Origin: an uncultured delta proteobacterium
Lineage (GTDB): Bacteria > Desulfobacterota > Syntrophobacteria > BM002
Assembly (NCBI GenBank): GCA_963712115.1
Contig: CAVQGX010000037.1
Location: 32,001 to 96,000, forward strand
Direction: 5' to 3'
Length of the DNA: 64,000 nucleotides
The position numbers and the translations under genes were made by a program. Positions 59,930-64,000 of the stretch are shown here, piece by piece (the first letter of the stretch is position 1; every line of letters begins with the position of its first letter). The notes below the pieces were generated by a model that ran no database searches, was not told the DNA's origin, and saw nothing but the letters and a program-made list of their open reading frames with translations.

Positions 59930-60703
59930 ATGCCCTACTCCATTGTTTTCATTCTTATACTGGCGGTCCTTTTTCTGGCCAGTGCAATTCGGATTCTCAA
60001 GGAATACGAGCGGGGAGTCATTTTCCGTCTAGGAAGGGTCATTGGTGCCAAAGGACCGGGGCTTATCATTCTCATCCCTGTGGTAGATCGGATGGTGAAG
60101 GTCAGCCTGCGGTTGGTGGCCATGGACGTACCTCCTCAGGATGTGATCACCCGAGATAACGTATCCGTGAAGGTCAATGCAGTGATCTATTTCCGGGTGA
60201 TGGATTCCATCAAGGCGGTGGTGGAGGTGGAAAATTATCTCTACGCCACCTCCCAGATGGCCCAAACCACCCTGCGCAGTGTTTGCGGGCAGGGGGAGCT
60301 GGATGAACTGCTCTCTGAACGTGAAAAGATCAATAGGCAGCTCCAGGAGATTTTGGATGAGCACACCGACCCCTGGGGCATTAAGGTGAGCACTGTTGAG
60401 GTCAAGCACATCGATCTGCCCCACGATATGCAACGAGCCATGGCCCGCCAGGCTGAAGCCGAGCGGGAGCGCCGTGCCATGGTTATCAACGCAGAGGGGG
60501 AGCACCAGGCTGCGAATCGCCTGGCCGAAGCGGCCCGGATCATCTCCGACCATCCCATTGCACTTCAGCTCCGCTATTTACAGACCCTGCGAGAGGTCGC
60601 TGCGCAGAGCAAATCCAGCACGCTCTTTCCCATTCCCATTGATTTGTTCGAACCGTTTCTGCAGTTAGAGGAAAACGTGAAAAAAGAAAGCCCTGGCAGC
60701 TGA
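59930..60703 (+). CDS. Stomatin/slipin SPFH (band 7) protein
   Basis: [48 protein letters not shown]. Confidence 0.96.
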   Translation: MPYSIVFILILAVLFLASAIRILKEYERGVIFRLGRVIGAKGPGLIILIPVVDRMVKVSLRLVAMDVPPQDVITRDNVSVKVNAVIYFRVMDSIKAVVEVENYLYATSQMAQTTLRSVCGQGELDELLSEREKINRQLQEILDEHTDPWGIKVSTVEVKHIDLPHDMQRAMARQAEAERERRAMVINAEGEHQAANRLAEAARIISDHPIALQLRYLQTLREVAAQSKSSTLFPIPIDLFEPFLQLEENVKKESPGS

Positions 60704-60739
60704 TTGTGCGCCAGCCACCCCCGGTGCTCACTTGGTAGT

Positions 60740-60756
60740 CGTCCCCAAGGGGATTC
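60740..60756 (-). other. tRNA-Glu T-arm/acceptor remnant (att scar 3)
   Basis: Minus strand GAATCCCCTTGGGGACG. Confidence 0.6.
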
Positions 60757-60867
60757 CCTTCGTGTAAGGAACTTGTCCTGAGCGAGAGCGAAGGAGGGCA
60801 AGCTCACTTCCCTGTTGCCCGCTCTCCGAGCGGGAGGCCTACGAGTTCAAATCCGCCGGCACAATGC

Positions 60868-61064
60868 AAAAAGAAGAGGGCCAACTAAAATTACAGTTGA
60901 CCCTCTTTTTTTACATGGCGTCCCCAAGGCTACTACCCGTTTACCCGTGTTTTTATCTAATACTCAGAGAACACCACAGTTTTGTTGAATTTTACTCATC
61001 ACGGAGACATCAGAAGCCAATGCTGGCCAAGTTTAGTTATTGGCAAGCTATCTGGAATTCTTGA
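60868..61064 (-). other. Terminator, tRNA-Glu 3'-end remnant and conserved peptide frame (att scar 4)
   Basis: AAGAGGGCCAACT/AGTTGACCCTCTT hairpin; CCTTGGGGACGCCA on minus at 60916-60929; plus-strand frame MASPRLLPVYP... open to 61064. Confidence 0.72.
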
Positions 61065-61477
61065 TTAGAGCACCTTACCACTGCACTTTGGGTATTGCTA
61101 TCTGGCCTATGCTATTCGTAAGCAATTTTGCGAAATAAAGAGAAAACAAAAGAAAAGATAAGAACTGCTTTTGCAGACAAACTGTAGATAACTTCGTTAT
61201 CACACGGATATTGCAGCATATTAAAAGCGGATAAAGAAGCTTAATTATTCCCGTGAGTTCCAGCTGCGCGGTTAAACTTCTTTTGTTATCTCCTTGGGTT
61301 AGCTTTTGTGTATAACCCGAAATACCACATTCACAATTCAAGCCCTGCTGCATTTGACCAGTTTTTAGATGCTAAGGTAAAAAGCACATTAGAGATTACT
61401 CCACAGTGGTGCATGGGAAGAAGCATCTGAAAACTTTTGGCAACTCCGGCTTTTTCTGACGTCAATAGGAGGGCGCC

Positions 61478-61777
61478 ATGAGTAAAGGTCGGTACATTGC
61501 TTGGGTGGTGGATTCCGGTCGAAGTCCTAAGTGGCTTTTGAGGGAGTACCAAAACAAAGTCAAGCGGGTCATCCAGATGCGCCGAGTCTTAGAAAGACCT
61601 AATTTAAAAGACAGGAACACTGGTCGGCCCCACAGTCCAACGGCGATAAATATCTACAGGCGAAGCCTTCCCATTCGAGAAAGGGATCTCGTGGAGTGTC
61701 GAGAGGCCATCCGTTGGTTGGCCCGCCGGGGGCTGCTCCGAAAGATCGATCGCATTGCCTGTGAGGTTTCCGAATGA
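61478..61777 (+). CDS. Hypothetical basic protein
   Basis: AGGAGG RBS; 99 aa. Confidence 0.55.
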   Translation: MSKGRYIAWVVDSGRSPKWLLREYQNKVKRVIQMRRVLERPNLKDRNTGRPHSPTAINIYRRSLPIRERDLVECREAIRWLARRGLLRKIDRIACEVSE

Positions 61778-61986
61778 TCCATTACGGAAGACCATGACTA
61801 TGGTTTGCCGAACAGGCCCAAATCGTCTTCGATATCCCACCTGCTTTTCTGTTGATTTGTCGTCTTAGGTACCTACTGATTTAATCCTACCGAGAGAGGG
61901 GATGCTGCTTATGCCCATACGGTCCTGCAGCTACTGGAACAGTTTGCTAGAAATCGTTCATTTTTCTTGAGGGGGGTGTTACTGCT

Positions 61987-62193
61987 TTGACTGAGGTAGA
62001 TATCACGGGGCTTGTTATTGTGGAGTGTCCAAAATGTCAGAAACGCGTTTGGCTGTTATCTTATGGTGGTTATGATGAAAACGCTGCACATTACTGCAAG
62101 CATTGTGATTACACATTTGCCACCGATTTAAGAGGGAAGCTCTTAGGTCACGTAGAGTGGGCAAAGCGGTCTTTGGAAAAAATTCACGCATAA
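61987..62193 (+). CDS. Small Zn-ribbon protein
   Basis: CPKC...CKHC; GAGGGG RBS. Confidence 0.6.
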   Translation: MTEVDITGLVIVECPKCQKRVWLLSYGGYDENAAHYCKHCDYTFATDLRGKLLGHVEWAKRSLEKIHA

Positions 62194-62343
62194 GAAGTTC
62201 CATAGTCAGACAGCTCGTCTGGTAACAAACTGGAGTAATTACCAGGGAACATCTGAAGATACACAAAGGATTCTGATTCAGTATCTTACACACACAGATT
62301 GAGTCCTCACACTCCGCATAACTTCTTGATAAAGGAGGGAGTC

Positions 62344-62613
62344 TTGGCTCGACAGGTTAGACTGATGATCCATGGCCGTGAATTTACTGTACACACCCTG
62401 GCCGATGAGACGCATTTGGAAACAGTGGCCCACTATGTAAACTCGAAATGTCAGGAAGCAGAAAGGAGCCTTCTTTCCAAGTCACAGACAAGCATCTTTG
62501 CCCTAGCTGCTCTGAACATAGCGAGTGATTATTTGCAGTTGAAGGAATGTTATAAACTTATGCTTGAGCGGATTGAGGAAAATCAGAAAAAATTGGCATC
62601 TTTTGCATTTTGA
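62344..62613 (+). CDS. zapA: Cell division protein ZapA-like
   Basis: I.GREF.V, VA.YVNSK, LAALNIASDY; TTG start after AAGGAGG. Confidence 0.8.
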   Translation: MARQVRLMIHGREFTVHTLADETHLETVAHYVNSKCQEAERSLLSKSQTSIFALAALNIASDYLQLKECYKLMLERIEENQKKLASFAF

Positions 62614-62695
62614 ACAGAGAAGCTTAAATGCAAGATCGGATAAAGCCAGTTCTTGAAATTGGCAGTAGTGGCCGCTGATAATCTCCATATTTGGA

Positions 62696-63724
62696 TCAAA
62701 TCAGAACCTGCTCCAGAATATCAATGGAATCAAGAACTTTGCCAGCGCCCATCACCACACTGGCAAGTGGATCATTTGCAATGCTTACGGGAAGTCCGGT
62801 CTCCTCTATTAGAAGCCTGTCAAGATTCTTTAAAAGTGCACCGCCTCCGGCAAGAACAATACCTGTATCTACAATATCTCCGGCCAATTCGGGCGGTACT
62901 TGCTCAAGAGCAGTCTTGACTGTCTGAACTATATTTTCAAGCAGTTCACTAAGGGCCTTGTTCACATCGGCCGAGTCAACCTCGACAATCTTTGGAATCC
63001 CTGAGACAAGATCACGCCCCTTGACCTCCATTTGCTGCACATTATGGTTTGAGATCGCATTACCGATGGTGGTCTTGATTTGTTCTGCAGAACTTTCTCC
63101 TATCAGGAGATTGTACTTCTGCTTGATATGCTGAAGAATAGCTTCGTCCATGAGGTTGCCGCCTACGCGAACCGACTTGCTGTACACCACTCCAGCCAGA
63201 GCGATTACCGCCACCTCTGTCGTGCCTCCGCCAATATCGACTATCATATTACCAATTGGCTCTGTTACAGGTAATCCGGCACCTATAGCAGCAGCCATGG
63301 GTTCTTCAATGAAAAAGACTTCACGGGCACCAGCTGCGCCTGCTGCCTCTCGCACTGCTCGTTTCTCCACCATGGTAATGCCCGAAGGCACGCAGACGAT
63401 GACGCGCGCTTTTGCCAATCGGCGATTATTCGCTTTTCTAATAAAATGCCGTAGCATCGCCTCGGTTACATCGAAATCGGCGATCACCCCATCTTTCATT
63501 GGACGACTGGCAACGATATTCCCAGGGGTGCGGCCCAACATCTCTTTAGCCTCTTTGCCCACTGCCAAGACTTTATTGGCTCCTCTTCCATCTCTGCGAA
63601 CAGCAACAACAGAAGGCTCGTTAAGTACAACACCTTTTCCTTTCACATACACAAGCGTGTTTGCTGTACCCAGGTCAATTGCAAGATCTTCGGAAAATCT
63701 TCGCCAAATGTGATTCAAAACCAT
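62696..63724 (-). CDS. mreB: Rod shape-determining protein MreB (no mreC/mreD downstream)
   Basis: [44 protein letters not shown]. Confidence 0.95.
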   Translation of the reverse strand: MVLNHIWRRFSEDLAIDLGTANTLVYVKGKGVVLNEPSVVAVRRDGRGANKVLAVGKEAKEMLGRTPGNIVASRPMKDGVIADFDVTEAMLRHFIRKANNRRLAKARVIVCVPSGITMVEKRAVREAAGAAGAREVFFIEEPMAAAIGAGLPVTEPIGNMIVDIGGGTTEVAVIALAGVVYSKSVRVGGNLMDEAILQHIKQKYNLLIGESSAEQIKTTIGNAISNHNVQQMEVKGRDLVSGIPKIVEVDSADVNKALSELLENIVQTVKTALEQVPPELAGDIVDTGIVLAGGGALLKNLDRLLIEETGLPVSIANDPLASVVMGAGKVLDSIDILEQVLI

Positions 63725-64000
63725 AAGATCTTATCTCCTGCCCGTTTAGGCCGAATTACCATGGCTTCGATCGAAAGAGTATAAAAGTTCATGGAGGTGA
63801 AGCAAAATAATTGCAAGGCGAGGGCAAAGTCAAGTCATTAGGACACTTTTGAGGGAAAAAATGAGGTGCCCTTGTACCTGATAAATGTGCAATGCTTCGG
63901 GTTTGCAACTGAAAAGGAAATCGTTATATTGGTGTGACTGAAGCTTAAGGATTCAATTGTGATTGCTTGGAAGCAAGGAGAACAAATGCGGAATTTTCGA

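Noticed and set aside
60740-60860. Intact tRNA gene
   Set aside because: Only T-arm and acceptor fragments; no D or anticodon arm can be folded
62614-62695. 6S RNA downstream of zapA
   Set aside because: Only ~80 bp before the convergent mreB stop; too short and unstructured

Overview
About 64 kb of bacterial DNA, probably from a Desulfobacterota/deltaproteobacterial genome (inferred from gene content and intergenic repeat style). There is no rRNA, intact tRNA, CRISPR array, integrase or transposase. Positions 1-15 kb hold five stand-alone PilZ proteins, an orphan ihfA, an FHA protein, a Cys-less PurF, Ino1 and an OmcS-family hexaheme cytochrome lacking the inter-subunit His. Several sigma-54 promoters lie there, three with a shared upstream palindrome; two or three appear to drive non-coding RNAs. 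The middle has a trehalose cluster, a HerA/DUF853-like ATPase, cydAB plus an unannotated small ORF, a frameshifted AsmA gene, a radical SAM enzyme with a two-component system, and infA-csp-bS21-like genes. The right third is divided by four tRNA-Glu 3'-end remnants; three are followed by a peptide frame conserved at codon level, suggesting scars of tandem island integration. Cargo includes glutarate catabolism genes, an integron-type cassette, a Liv-type ABC transporter, an SLC12-like transporter, a second csp, zapA and mreB. Intergenic DNA is rich in nested MITE/REP-like and heptamer repeats. All family calls are from motif recognition and memory; no searches were run.
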